Source: an uncultured Pseudomonadota bacterium
GTDB lineage: Bacteria > Oederibacteriota > Muellerivitia > Muellerivitales > Muellerivitaceae
Direction of reading: 5' to 3'
Length of the DNA: 64,000 nucleotides
Assembly: GCA_963843375.1 (NCBI GenBank)
Contig: CAWJKT010000029.1
Coordinates: 1-64,000 of the forward strand
Below are positions 39,508-49,191 of the stretch, piece by piece (within the stretch, counting starts at the first letter, position 1; each line of letters opens with the position of its first letter). The notes beneath the pieces were generated by a model. The model was given only the letters and a program-made list of their open reading frames with translations. It did not search any database and was not told the DNA's origin. The position numbers and the translations under genes were made by a program.

Positions 39508-40464
39508 ATGAAAATAATTCAAGCATTCCTTTTGGCCGGGACTATGGCCGCGGGAACACAGGCTGGGGCCACTGATTATCAATGGACCAAGGTGGTGGCA
39601 GGTGAAGAAATTACGGGGCTTAGGGCGACTGGAATGATCATTCCCCAGGAAGGAGCCTTGAAGAACCAATCAGCCAATACCCAAGGGCGGGTTTTAGCTG
39701 TCCTTAAAAGGGAAGGGGATGAGGTCGTACCGGGTACGCCGCTTTTCCTGGTCAATGACTCGGAATGCATCTCCTTGGCCCAGGAAATGCGCCTAGCCCA
39801 GAAAAACGGAGTCCAAGAATTAATTGATGCGGCTGCCGAACGTGAAAAGCAATTAGGTGTCAAAGTGGAAAACGGCCAATATGAAATTGTTTCCCTTTAT
39901 ACGGGTGTGATCACCCATATCAACGTCAATTCGGGAACGAATTACAACCCCGGGGACCAGTTGGCAAACATTCTGGATATGCACAAGCTCACCGTGGAAT
40001 TGGATATTGCTGAAAAATATGTATCCGATCTTCACCGGGGCCAGAAGGTCACATTCCAATTGGCTTCCGATTCCCTGACTTCCTATACCTCCACCATTCG
40101 GACAATTGTGCCGACGATTGATCCTAACCAGCGCACGACCATCGTGCGCCTGAAGCCGGTAACCCTCCCGGAGGATGTCAACCTTTCCGAGTTGGTATAC
40201 GGCATAGTCCAAACCGGAGCTAATCAGCCTGTTTTAAAAATTCCATCTTCGGCCCTGGTTTTCAGCCACGACCAGCAGTATGTCCTGAAAGGCGATGAAA
40301 AAAACCACACCGCGGTTCCGGTGCAGGTGGTAAATGAAACGGATGATCTAAGTTCGGTGAGGCCGGTCAACCCGGGAGAATTGAAAGAAGGAGATTCGGT
40401 GGTCAGTACCGGCGCCATTTATTTATTCAGTGAAATGAAGGACAGCGATGGTGGAGGGAGTTGA
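39508..40464 (+). CDS. RND membrane fusion protein (CzcB-like)
   Basis: Lipoyl halves GRVLAVLKREGDEVVPGTPLF and SLYTGVI; IDPNQRT; IPSSAL; LKEGDSVVSTGA. Confidence 0.9.
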   Translation: MKIIQAFLLAGTMAAGTQAGATDYQWTKVVAGEEITGLRATGMIIPQEGALKNQSANTQGRVLAVLKREGDEVVPGTPLFLVNDSECISLAQEMRLAQKNGVQELIDAAAEREKQLGVKVENGQYEIVSLYTGVITHINVNSGTNYNPGDQLANILDMHKLTVELDIAEKYVSDLHRGQKVTFQLASDSLTSYTSTIRTIVPTIDPNQRTTIVRLKPVTLPEDVNLSELVYGIVQTGANQPVLKIPSSALVFSHDQQYVLKGDEKNHTAVPVQVVNETDDLSSVRPVNPGELKEGDSVVSTGAIYLFSEMKDSDGGGS

Positions 40465-40583
40465 TCTATCGGTTCCCCCAACCAGGTTTGAAAAGATTTC
40501 TTTAAACCCTTTGGGCGGGTTGAATGGGGTCGCTTGGAACCAAAAGTTTCAACGAAGTAATTATCGGTTTGAGGATTTAAAAC

Positions 40584-43500
40584 ATGAATAAGCTATTACT
40601 GCGCTGGTTCCAGTTCCAAAGGGAAAGTTTTGTTCTTTTCCTATTCCTTCTGATGTGCCTGGTCGGGTATGGAGCCTTTATCGCCTTTAACAGTGAAATA
40701 CAAGCTTTTCCCGAGTTCACTAACGTCCAAGTCCAAATCCAGACTCTTTTTCCGGGAAAAGCCGCGGAGGAGGTGGAAAGACTGGTCACTATTCCCCTGG
40801 AAGTCGCCACCCGAAGTGTTCCCGGACTCATCAATTCCCGTTCCATCTCGGAGTTCGGCTTAAGCGTAATTACCCTGACTTTTGACGATGATATCGCGGA
40901 CTGGAAAGCTCGAAGCGATACAAACCTCTATATGGCTAACGCCACCCTGCCTAACGGGATCCAGCCGGGACTTTCAGCCGACAGTACGCCTTTGGGCGAA
41001 ATATACCGCTATACCCTTGAAGGGGACCTGCCGGTAAATGAAAAACGGATGATCCAGGACTGGACCCTGGAAAGGGCCTTCAAGGGAATCTCCGGCGTAG
41101 CCGATGTGGTGGGCTTCGGGGGTCCAACCCGAACCATCGAGGTGAAAATCGATGTGCCCCGAATGAAATCTCTGGGACTCAGCGTCGCCCAAATCGCCCA
41201 GAACTTGGGAGCCAATCATGCCAATGCCGGAGGCAGCATCATCACCCATGGCGAGGAAAGTTATGTGGTGCGTTCCATCGGGTTGTACCAGGATCCTGTA
41301 GAGCTGGAAGACGCCGTCATTGCCACCCAGGGAAACACTCCGATCCGGGTGCGGGACGTGGGTACGGTGAGCATCGGAAACCATATTCGCTTGGGGATGG
41401 TAGGGCGGGACCACGAGGATGACGTGGTGGAAGGTATCGTCCTTTTAAGGATAGGGGCAAACACCCTGCGAACCTGTGCGCTCATCCGGGATAAAGTTAA
41501 GGATTTGAATGAGAATATTCTCCCGAAGGGCTGCAAACTGGTCAATTATTACGACCGTACCGACCTCATTCGTCGCAGCAGTCATACAGTTTTCCACAAT
41601 ATCTTTTTCGGCATCATGCTGGTCTGCGTACTTTTGATCCTTGGTTTCGGAGTCCAATATTGGGCCATGTCGGCGGGAGTGGCTTTGATTATTCCCTTCG
41701 CGCTCTTGGTGGCGTTCGTGGGCCTTCACTTGGAAGGTTATAACCCCAACCTGATTTCGCTAGGCGCGGTGGATTTCGGGATCATTGTGGAGACCGCCAT
41801 TTTCGCGGCCGAAGCGGTGCTAGCCACGATTTCAAAACCCAAACAGCATGATGAAAATATCGTCTTGTCTCTGGCCGATGTGCTGGGCCCGGCCCTGCTT
41901 TGCGCGTTCCTTTTGTTGATCGCCTTTATTCCCATCATCAGCCTTCAGCGGGTGGAAGGCCGTATTTTCAGGCCTTTGGGTATCACCCTCATTTCCGCCC
42001 TGATCGGTGGCCAAATGGGCGCCTTCATTTTTATCCCTTTGGCCACCTCCTGGGTGCCGATGGGACCCCAGCCCACAAATAAAGCGGACCGTTTTTTTGT
42101 GTGGGTCATGCAACGATGCCGCAAGGTAATGCTTTTCTTCGATCGTTGGAAGAGGCTGTTCCTGATCGCAGGGGTCTTCTTCGCGGCAGTCCTGGTGGCC
42201 CTCAATTGGGGTCTGGGAGGAGAATTCCTCCCCACCATGAACGAGGGCAATCTTTGGGTCCGTATCACCGCTCCTCCCACCATCTCTCGTGAGGAAGCGG
42301 TAAGGCTTGTCCATAAAATCCGTGAAAGGTTCATGGAAATTCCCGAGGTCCGGACGGTCATCTCTCAGACGGGCCGCCCGGACGATGGTAGCGACGTCAA
42401 CGGGTTCGACGTCACGGAATTCGATGTGGACCTTGGCGATCCCGAAAATTGGAAAAGCGCCAAGGATATTAATGGGTTCATTGCCGAAGCCGAAGACAAG
42501 ATGAAAGACATCGATGGTGTGGATTTCAACTATTCCCAATATATCAAGGACAACGTGGATGAGGCCATCAGCGGGGTCAAGGGCGAGTTGGTAGTTAAGA
42601 TTGTCGGGCCAAAATTGGAACAACTTCAAAACATCGCCGATGAAATCGAGGCGATTGTTAAAAAAGTGCCGGGCGCGGAGGACGTGGGAGCCGAAAAAAT
42701 ATTACAGCAACCTGAACTCCAATTCGTCATGGACCGTCCTGCTCTGGACCGTTACGGCATCCAGGTAGCCACGGCGGAGGATGTCTTGGAGTCCGCCCTT
42801 TCGGGCAAGTGGTCCACCCAGATGGTGGATGACCAGGGCCGCTATGTGGACGTGCTCGTGAAGCCCAGCCTGCCTAACCATGTGACTGAGAATATTCTTT
42901 CCTCCCTGCCCGTCCTCTCTCCGGGTGGCGCCGAGATCCCCTTGGGAGAAGTGAGCCATCCAAAGTTGGTCGAGGGTGTTTCGGCTATTTATCGGGAAGA
43001 AGGGGACCGCCGTATTGCCGTTAAATGTTCCGTCCGCGGTCGGGCGGTTGTAGATTTCGTGAAGCAAGCGGATGCAATGATCAGGCAGAAAGTGACTTTA
43101 CCGGCCCATTATCATATGTCTTGGTCTGGTTCTTTCGAGAATGCAAAGAGGGCAAGCGCACAACTGGCTATCCTTGTTCCACTTTGCCTGACAGCCATGG
43201 TGATCATTCTTTATACCTGGTTCAAGGATTGGACCCTGGTAGGACTCTTATTATGGGAAATACCCTTTTCGGGTCTGGGTGGATTATCAGCCATCCGGTT
43301 AGCCGGACTCAACTTCAGCATTTCGGCGGCAGCTGGGGGAGTTGTTTTGATCGGAGTCTCATTCCTCACAGGAATGATGCTTATTTCCGAGTGGGTTCAC
43401 GTAAGGGACGCCTGGAAAGCTTTAGAAGAAAAAGGACGGAGCATCATTATTTCAAGCGGGGTGGCGATTATCGGCTTAATTCCCGCTTCTTTCTCCCACG

Positions 43501-43646
43501 GCATGGGATCGGAAACGGCCAGGCCCTTTGCGGTGATGATTATGGGCGGGTTGACCAGTTCACTCTTTTTTTCCCTTACCTTGCTCCCGGCCTTTTTGAA
43601 AAAAATTGAGGGAAGGTATAGGAAGGATAAGGGTCATGCGGATTAA
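40584..43646 (+). CDS. CusA/CzcA-family RND efflux transporter (divergent)
   Basis: AFPEFTNVQV, AAEEVERLVTIPLE, TPLGEIYRY, ISLGAVDFGII, FLPTMNEG, GRPDDG, GSETARPFA. Confidence 0.92.
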   Translation: MNKLLLRWFQFQRESFVLFLFLLMCLVGYGAFIAFNSEIQAFPEFTNVQVQIQTLFPGKAAEEVERLVTIPLEVATRSVPGLINSRSISEFGLSVITLTFDDDIADWKARSDTNLYMANATLPNGIQPGLSADSTPLGEIYRYTLEGDLPVNEKRMIQDWTLERAFKGISGVADVVGFGGPTRTIEVKIDVPRMKSLGLSVAQIAQNLGANHANAGGSIITHGEESYVVRSIGLYQDPVELEDAVIATQGNTPIRVRDVGTVSIGNHIRLGMVGRDHEDDVVEGIVLLRIGANTLRTCALIRDKVKDLNENILPKGCKLVNYYDRTDLIRRSSHTVFHNIFFGIMLVCVLLILGFGVQYWAMSAGVALIIPFALLVAFVGLHLEGYNPNLISLGAVDFGIIVETAIFAAEAVLATISKPKQHDENIVLSLADVLGPALLCAFLLLIAFIPIISLQRVEGRIFRPLGITLISALIGGQMGAFIFIPLATSWVPMGPQPTNKADRFFVWVMQRCRKVMLFFDRWKRLFLIAGVFFAAVLVALNWGLGGEFLPTMNEGNLWVRITAPPTISREEAVRLVHKIRERFMEIPEVRTVISQTGRPDDGSDVNGFDVTEFDVDLGDPENWKSAKDINGFIAEAEDKMKDIDGVDFNYSQYIKDNVDEAISGVKGELVVKIVGPKLEQLQNIADEIEAIVKKVPGAEDVGAEKILQQPELQFVMDRPALDRYGIQVATAEDVLESALSGKWSTQMVDDQGRYVDVLVKPSLPNHVTENILSSLPVLSPGGAEIPLGEVSHPKLVEGVSAIYREEGDRRIAVKCSVRGRAVVDFVKQADAMIRQKVTLPAHYHMSWSGSFENAKRASAQLAILVPLCLTAMVIILYTWFKDWTLVGLLLWEIPFSGLGGLSAIRLAGLNFSISAAAGGVVLIGVSFLTGMMLISEWVHVRDAWKALEEKGRSIIISSGVAIIGLIPASFSHGMGSETARPFAVMIMGGLTSSLFFSLTLLPAFLKKIEGRYRKDKGHAD

Positions 43647-43740
43647 TCGAACTGTTTTATGGTTTTGAAAAAGATAGAACCGGAACTAGATAGATGAAGA
43701 GTTAAACCAACCACCCATCTGGTTCCGGTAAGATTAGAAT

Positions 43741-43995
43741 TTACACAATCCCTTTGCGTGCCTCAGAAGTTTGGGTAATGATGCCGGCTATCACCCAAAA
43801 ATCAAAAGTGATCATGATGGAACAATAGAGGGTCATTGCCCAGGCGAAAAGCTGGTGCTGTTCCCATAACTCGGTCCAGGCTTGAGCTAAAGTATAGTCG
43901 GGGAGTTGTAAAAGATTAATTAAGCCTGCAGAGACGATGGCTACACCGGCCCCGGTCAATAATCCCATTACTGTTAACAACTGTGATTTTTTCAT
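43741..43995 (-). CDS. 84-aa two-TM membrane protein
   Basis: AAGGAGG RBS; two hydrophobic segments; upstream repeat array CTAAC-AACTTA-CTAAT-ACTTTA-TTAAT on its own strand (44074-44100). Confidence 0.75.
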   Translation of the reverse strand: MKKSQLLTVMGLLTGAGVAIVSAGLINLLQLPDYTLAQAWTELWEQHQLFAWAMTLYCSIMITFDFWVIAGIITQTSEARKGIV

Positions 43996-44265
43996 GGCGT
44001 GCCTCCTTCTTAATAAAATGCTAACACAACTATTAAAATCTTAATAATAAAATTCAATAAATCGAGTGTTAGTATTAATAAAGTATTAGTAAGTTGTTAG
44101 GATTTTGCGATTGAAATAACATTTTTGTGGATTCGGAACCTGTAAAACTGAAATAACCTCAAAGTGAGGATCTCTTTGGGAAAGTCTATGCTTTGAAGTT
44201 TTGGCCGGGCAATATCGAATTTTTATAAAGCGGTGTGAATCTCAACAGCGTTTGCTGGAGAAAGG

Positions 44266-46245
44266 TTATAACACCCGCACGGGCACAATCATCATATTCA
44301 CGCCCTTGAAGAGAAGACGGCGCTGGATTTCCAAGGACGTTTGGTTGTGCAATAGGTTGGTCCAAAGAGATTCCTTTGCAAAGATAAGTTTCCCGGAAAA
44401 GAATGTCGCGTCGGGAAATTCGGCCGAAACTATTTCGCATAACCTTTCCATTCCCGCGATGACGTCGATATCATCCACGTGCCTATAGTCCGACCGGTAG
44501 CCCATTTTGTGGGCCAGGGCCACGTATTTTTGAAGGTTCTCTTCAGTGTTTTTTCTCAAGTTATCCAGTTCTTCAATCCCCTTGAACTTACTGGAGTCGA
44601 TCCGGCCGATGGAAACGAAAATAAAATCCTGGAAACGGTTGGCGAAAAGTTTTTGGATCGAAAAGATGGCATGAATGCCAAGTCCGTTATAGCGCTCCAC
44701 CATTACCACCGCGACAGGTTTGGATTTGTCACAGGGCCCTAAGGCGGGTTCGCTGGCGTCCCGGTCGGGCAAAGGGAGATTGATCAAGGCGTCATCCAAA
44801 CGGGTCAAGGCTTGTTGGACCCCTCGGTAATGGCGTTTGACCAAGTAACAAAGGATGATCAGGACAGTGGTCATCAGGATGGTCACGCAACCGCCTTGCA
44901 GGAATTTCGACATTACGGTGGCTACCAAGATGATGGAAGTCAGTGTGAGCCCCAAGCCGTTGATGAAAAATCGGCGCGGCCAGTCTTTCTGATCATGGCG
45001 AGCCTGCCACCAATGCACACACATCGAAAGCTGGGATAAGCTGAAGGTGATGTAAACATTGATAGCGTAAAGAAGGATCATGACATCCACATTTCCCTTA
45101 GCGATGATGAGAATGATGAGGGAAAAGATGCCCATAACCAAGATGCCATTCATGCGCACAAGGCGGTGAGAAAGGTTGGCAAAGCGGTGGGGAAGCCAGG
45201 AATCCACCGCCATATTGGAAAGGACATTGGGGCCGTCGATAAAACCGGTCTGGGCGGCAATAAATAAAAGAAGACCTTCGGACAGGAGGGTTACGGTGAT
45301 GAGGGTCTTGCCCATCGCCCATCCCCCAAAGGTCCATGAACCGAATACCGCCTTAGCCAATGTGCCGTTCATGGTCTCATTGGGAATGGTGGGAATATCA
45401 CAAAGCATGTATAAGAGAAGGATACCGCCAGCGGTGAAGGCCAGAGAAGTGGCCATGTACATCATGGTGCGTTTTCCCGTCTGGACTCGGGGTTCCCTCA
45501 GGTTTGCCAATCCGTTAGACACGGCTTCAATTCCCGTGTAGGTTCCGCCGCCCAAGCTATAAGCCGTAAAGAAGATAACCAGAAACCCCCAAAGCCCCAA
45601 TGGACCGCTGATAATTTCGTGGGTTTCCTTAAAAGTACTTTGGACTACGGGAACAATTTGCCCGGAATGGCCGAAGAGCCCAGACATGATCAATACGATA
45701 TGGGTAGCCACGAAAACAAGGAATATCGGAAGAAGGGCCTGAACCGATTCCTTGATACCCCGCATATTCAGCCAAATGAGCAGAATCATCAAAAGAACTT
45801 CGACCCAAAGTTTATAAGTGGTGAAGAGGGGAGGCATAAAGTCGGCGATGGCGTCTACTCCCGCGGCGATGGAAAGGTTAATAGTAAGCACATAGTCCAC
45901 GATAAGGGCCGAACCGGATATCAGGCCGGCTACGGGATGCAGCAGCTTGCTGGCCACAACGTAACCACCGCCGCCCGAGGGAAAATATTCGATGACTTGG
46001 CTATAACTGGCCGAAATAATGAAAACGGTTGCGGCCACAGCGATGGCCAAGTAAAGGGCGATGTGATGATATTGGGCGCCCAGAGCTTTATAAGTTTCTT
46101 CCGGGCCATAGGCGGAGGAGGAAAGGCCGTCAGCGCCCAGGCCAACCCATGCCAGGAAGGCAATGAGGCTTAATTTGTGGAAGACATTTTGATCGAGGGG
46201 ATTCTTGGCCTTGCCGAAAACGAGCTCTTTAACTTTTTCAACCAT
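44266..46245 (-). CDS. KimA/YdaO-like APC-superfamily K+ transporter
   Basis: GADGLSSSAYGPEE, FPSGGGGY, LIVDYVLT, TGIEAVSNG, LYAINV; cytoplasmic C-terminal domain; downstream of a ydaO riboswitch; GGAGG before ATG 46245. Confidence 0.88.
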   Translation of the reverse strand: MVEKVKELVFGKAKNPLDQNVFHKLSLIAFLAWVGLGADGLSSSAYGPEETYKALGAQYHHIALYLAIAVAATVFIISASYSQVIEYFPSGGGGYVVASKLLHPVAGLISGSALIVDYVLTINLSIAAGVDAIADFMPPLFTTYKLWVEVLLMILLIWLNMRGIKESVQALLPIFLVFVATHIVLIMSGLFGHSGQIVPVVQSTFKETHEIISGPLGLWGFLVIFFTAYSLGGGTYTGIEAVSNGLANLREPRVQTGKRTMMYMATSLAFTAGGILLLYMLCDIPTIPNETMNGTLAKAVFGSWTFGGWAMGKTLITVTLLSEGLLLFIAAQTGFIDGPNVLSNMAVDSWLPHRFANLSHRLVRMNGILVMGIFSLIILIIAKGNVDVMILLYAINVYITFSLSQLSMCVHWWQARHDQKDWPRRFFINGLGLTLTSIILVATVMSKFLQGGCVTILMTTVLIILCYLVKRHYRGVQQALTRLDDALINLPLPDRDASEPALGPCDKSKPVAVVMVERYNGLGIHAIFSIQKLFANRFQDFIFVSIGRIDSSKFKGIEELDNLRKNTEENLQKYVALAHKMGYRSDYRHVDDIDVIAGMERLCEIVSAEFPDATFFSGKLIFAKESLWTNLLHNQTSLEIQRRLLFKGVNMMIVPVRVL

Positions 46246-46287
46246 AACGGCCTCCAATAGAATTTGGGCCGTCCTCTACTCGACGCG

Positions 46288-46422
46288 CCCTTCGATGCCT
46301 GCGAGGTTAGCTGTCGGGCTCGGCGCGAAAGGTTCGCCGTTCTTTCCCATCAAGTCGGGTTAGAAATTAGCCCCAAATACCTGGGTCCCCCGTTCGCTCT
46401 AAACAAGCGATTCGGCTATAAG
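46288..46422 (-). ncRNA. c-di-AMP riboswitch (ydaO/yuaA class)
   Basis: Minus strand GCCGAATC...ACGGGGGACCCA...TTTGGGGCTAAT...ACGGCGAACCTT...GCCGAGCCCGACAGCTAACCTCGCAGGC matches the class consensus. Confidence 0.93.
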
Positions 46423-46624
46423 CCGAGAATCTTTATACTTTTTTAATATGAAATCAATGGAAATAGGAAAGAGGGTCGAAATTAATAAAATTTTAACATC
46501 TAAAAAAATTACATATTATAAATATTTCCAATATTTCAGCCCCGCTTTTGAAGCCATCAGAGGACCAGGTGAAGATTTGTCACCAATTTGGATATAAAAA
46601 TTGTGTTTTTTCAGCTGAAAGGGG

Positions 46625-48463
46625 TCAACCGACAATAATCAGGGCAGCGGATTCGGGAAGACGTTCCGCCAGGTTCTTAAGCATTCGTCCTCTAACCATT
46701 CGCCAAAAGAAAGTCCGCTTGGAGGAACCCACAAACACATGGGTAACCCTGAGGTTTGTCGCGGCTTCGGCAAGGGAATGGCCGGCATCTTCCGCCATCC
46801 TCCAAATAGGAATGCAACCGACCTTGTGTTTTTGAAGGACAGCGCAGGAACCCGTCAAAACATTAATGGCTTCGGGGGATGGCTTGATTTCCTGGGGAAG
46901 AAAAAGGCCCGGCATTTCATCGATGTAAATCACATAAACATTAACCCGTTTTAAGCCCTTGGCGTAAGTGGCCGCGTCTTGAAGGAGCTTTTCATTGACG
47001 AACCTTAACGCCACGATAATGGGCGAGGATTCCATGGCGGAAGCCTCGATCGCTTCTTCCAGGGTGAGTATATTGGAAGCTTCCGGAAGGTTCGCCACCC
47101 TGGATTCGGCTTCGGCAAATTGAAGTACCGCTTTTTGGGACGCCTTAACGCGATGCCAGACGCCGACCCCCACCAAGATTGTGGCCAAGGTGCCTCCAAA
47201 CATAAGAGCTTCAGGCTTGTGGAACATGTTGATAACCCACGCGGCCAAAAGGGCCAGGGTGGTGAAGGCCCCCGTCCAAAATTTTATTCCCCGGACCCCA
47301 TCCCTCCAGCGAAGCTTATCAATGGCCAGGGAGGAGAGGGATAGGGTGCCCAATAAGCCGAAATTGTAAAGGTCGCCAAGCGCGTCCACGTTGGCCCGAG
47401 TGATAAGAATGATGGCCATAGGGACCAACCCCGAGATGAGAATTGAAAAATAGGGCGTTCCAAGAGTCGGATGGCGTTTTCTTAAAAATGATGGGAGGAA
47501 GCCCAGATCCGAAAGTCGGACGTTTACGTGGTAGTTCCCGACGATAGCGGTATTGCAAGCCATGAAAAGCAAAGACGAAGCGGCTAATACCACCGCGACC
47601 CCCATCAAAGGTCCGCCGATTTGAAAACCTAGGGCGGAAAGTAGGGAATCGGATTGAGTTTGTTTCACCGAATCCGGAAGCAAGTAAAGCACCACGGAAG
47701 TCATGGGAGAGGATACCAAGGCGATGGTCACAATGACCCACATCATGGCTTTGCCGGCGGTGGCTTTGATAGGGAAGCGCATAGAACCGGATATCTGGGC
47801 GACCGATTCAAGGCCCGAATAAGCCAGCCAAGTAGTGGCATAACCAATCATGACCGCTCCAAAAGTAATGGGAATGCCGGGATGAGTAATGCTATTCCAC
47901 CAACCTGACCAGGAATAATGGGGATTGAAGGCGATTTTTAAAAAGGCCCAGCCCAAGAGAAGAAAAGTGACGATGATTTCCACGGTGGCGAAACTCGAGG
48001 TTACGGACGCCGATTCCTTGATGCCGATCATATTGATTAGCACCAGACAGAGGAACAAAACCATGGAAGCGGCAATAACCAAATCCTTGGTTTCGGGCAT
48101 GAGACTGGAAAGGTAATAAAGACCTGAGACGCCCGATATGGCCGAAGTAAGAAAATAATCCACCGTAATGAAAGCCCCCCCGACCAGGGGGAGAAATTCC
48201 AGAGCGGAAAAGGCTTCCCGCACGATCGATACCACTCCGCCGCCATCGGGGCAACGCTCACAGATTTCCACGTATTTAAGAGCGATGGAAACGAATACGC
48301 CGGTAGTGATGAACTGTGCCAGGGTGGCCAGGTTGCCGATGGAGCCAAATAGGATGCCGGGAGTGTAAAAAACGGATGTTCCGATGTCCGCATAAACGAT
48401 GGCGAAAACCAGTACCCAGCCTAGCTGATGAACTTTCACGGATGTTGAATTGGAATCGGACAC
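46625..48463 (-). CDS. APC (KimA-like) transporter with a C-terminal USP domain; start GTG 48463
   Basis: YADIGTSVFYTPG, PDGGG, ITVDYFLT, YSGLES, LYNFG; USP tail ...LAEAATNLRVTHVFVGSSKR...; GGAGG just before the GTG. Confidence 0.88.
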   Translation of the reverse strand: MSDSNSTSVKVHQLGWVLVFAIVYADIGTSVFYTPGILFGSIGNLATLAQFITTGVFVSIALKYVEICERCPDGGGVVSIVREAFSALEFLPLVGGAFITVDYFLTSAISGVSGLYYLSSLMPETKDLVIAASMVLFLCLVLINMIGIKESASVTSSFATVEIIVTFLLLGWAFLKIAFNPHYSWSGWWNSITHPGIPITFGAVMIGYATTWLAYSGLESVAQISGSMRFPIKATAGKAMMWVIVTIALVSSPMTSVVLYLLPDSVKQTQSDSLLSALGFQIGGPLMGVAVVLAASSLLFMACNTAIVGNYHVNVRLSDLGFLPSFLRKRHPTLGTPYFSILISGLVPMAIILITRANVDALGDLYNFGLLGTLSLSSLAIDKLRWRDGVRGIKFWTGAFTTLALLAAWVINMFHKPEALMFGGTLATILVGVGVWHRVKASQKAVLQFAEAESRVANLPEASNILTLEEAIEASAMESSPIIVALRFVNEKLLQDAATYAKGLKRVNVYVIYIDEMPGLFLPQEIKPSPEAINVLTGSCAVLQKHKVGCIPIWRMAEDAGHSLAEAATNLRVTHVFVGSSKRTFFWRMVRGRMLKNLAERLPESAALIIVG

Positions 48464-48470
48464 GCAAACG

Positions 48471-48640
48471 CCTCCGAAGCCTGCGGGGTTAGCTGTCGGG
48501 CTCGGCGGGAATGCTCGCCGGTTCAATCCTTTTATTAAGAGGATGAAACTTCGCCCCGAAAAAACTGGGTCCCCCGTTTGGCCTTCCGTTTGTTCCATGG
48601 AACAGGAACATTGCGTCAAGGCCAATTCGGCTATTAAGGT
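48471..48640 (-). ncRNA. c-di-AMP riboswitch (ydaO/yuaA class) with an extended P2 insert
   Basis: GCCGAATTGGCC...GGCCAAACGGGGGACCCAG...CGGGGCGAA...CCGGCGAGCATT...GCCGAGCCCGACAGCTAACCCCGCAGGC. Confidence 0.93.
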
Positions 48641-48860
48641 GAATCTTTATACTTTTTTAATATTTAATTTCAAGGGGATTATATTATCTGGAATCCTTCC
48701 TTGAGGTGAAAAAAGCCTTTTTTGTAATGGAAAACGACTCTTTACGATGGCCATTTTCCCATAAAAAAGAAAGCCGAAATGAACCTAATTGAGAAGCAAT
48801 AACAAACCGCATTCGAGTTAAAGTGGGGACAAGGTTTGGTTATGGTTGGTGAATTCCCAA

Positions 48861-49031
48861 TTAAGGGTGGGTGTCCTCATAGGCGTTGTGGGAAATCGGC
48901 CTGGGCTGCAAGTTTTCCGGATGGGAATAAAAACTCCAGCCCGCCCAGCCGATGAGAGCGATAAACCCAGCCCAAAAAATCAGCTCCACCAGTCCCATCC
49001 CCTTTTGGTTTTTGATCGAAATCCATTTCAT
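48861..49031 (-). CDS. 56-aa peptide with a prepilin-type (class III) signal
   Basis: MKWISIKNQKG^MGLVELIFWAGFIALIGWAGW: basic leader, G at -1, E at +5, then a TM helix. Confidence 0.6.
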   Translation of the reverse strand: MKWISIKNQKGMGLVELIFWAGFIALIGWAGWSFYSHPENLQPRPISHNAYEDTHP

Positions 49032-49191
49032 GCTTTCATCATAAAACACTTAAAACCTTTGAACAACTTAACCAAAAATAAAATAAGGGCGATTCGGGGA
49101 CGATTAAAACCCAATTTTAATTTCACCCACTTTCACGCCGGGTAGTTGATAATAAGGCCCCATAAAACTTTCATTCCGAATTGGGAGATTC

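Noticed and set aside
48464..48625. ORF-track N-terminal extension of the APC-USP transporter
   Set aside because: It is the c-di-AMP riboswitch read in frame; the SD and GTG at 48463 give the real start.
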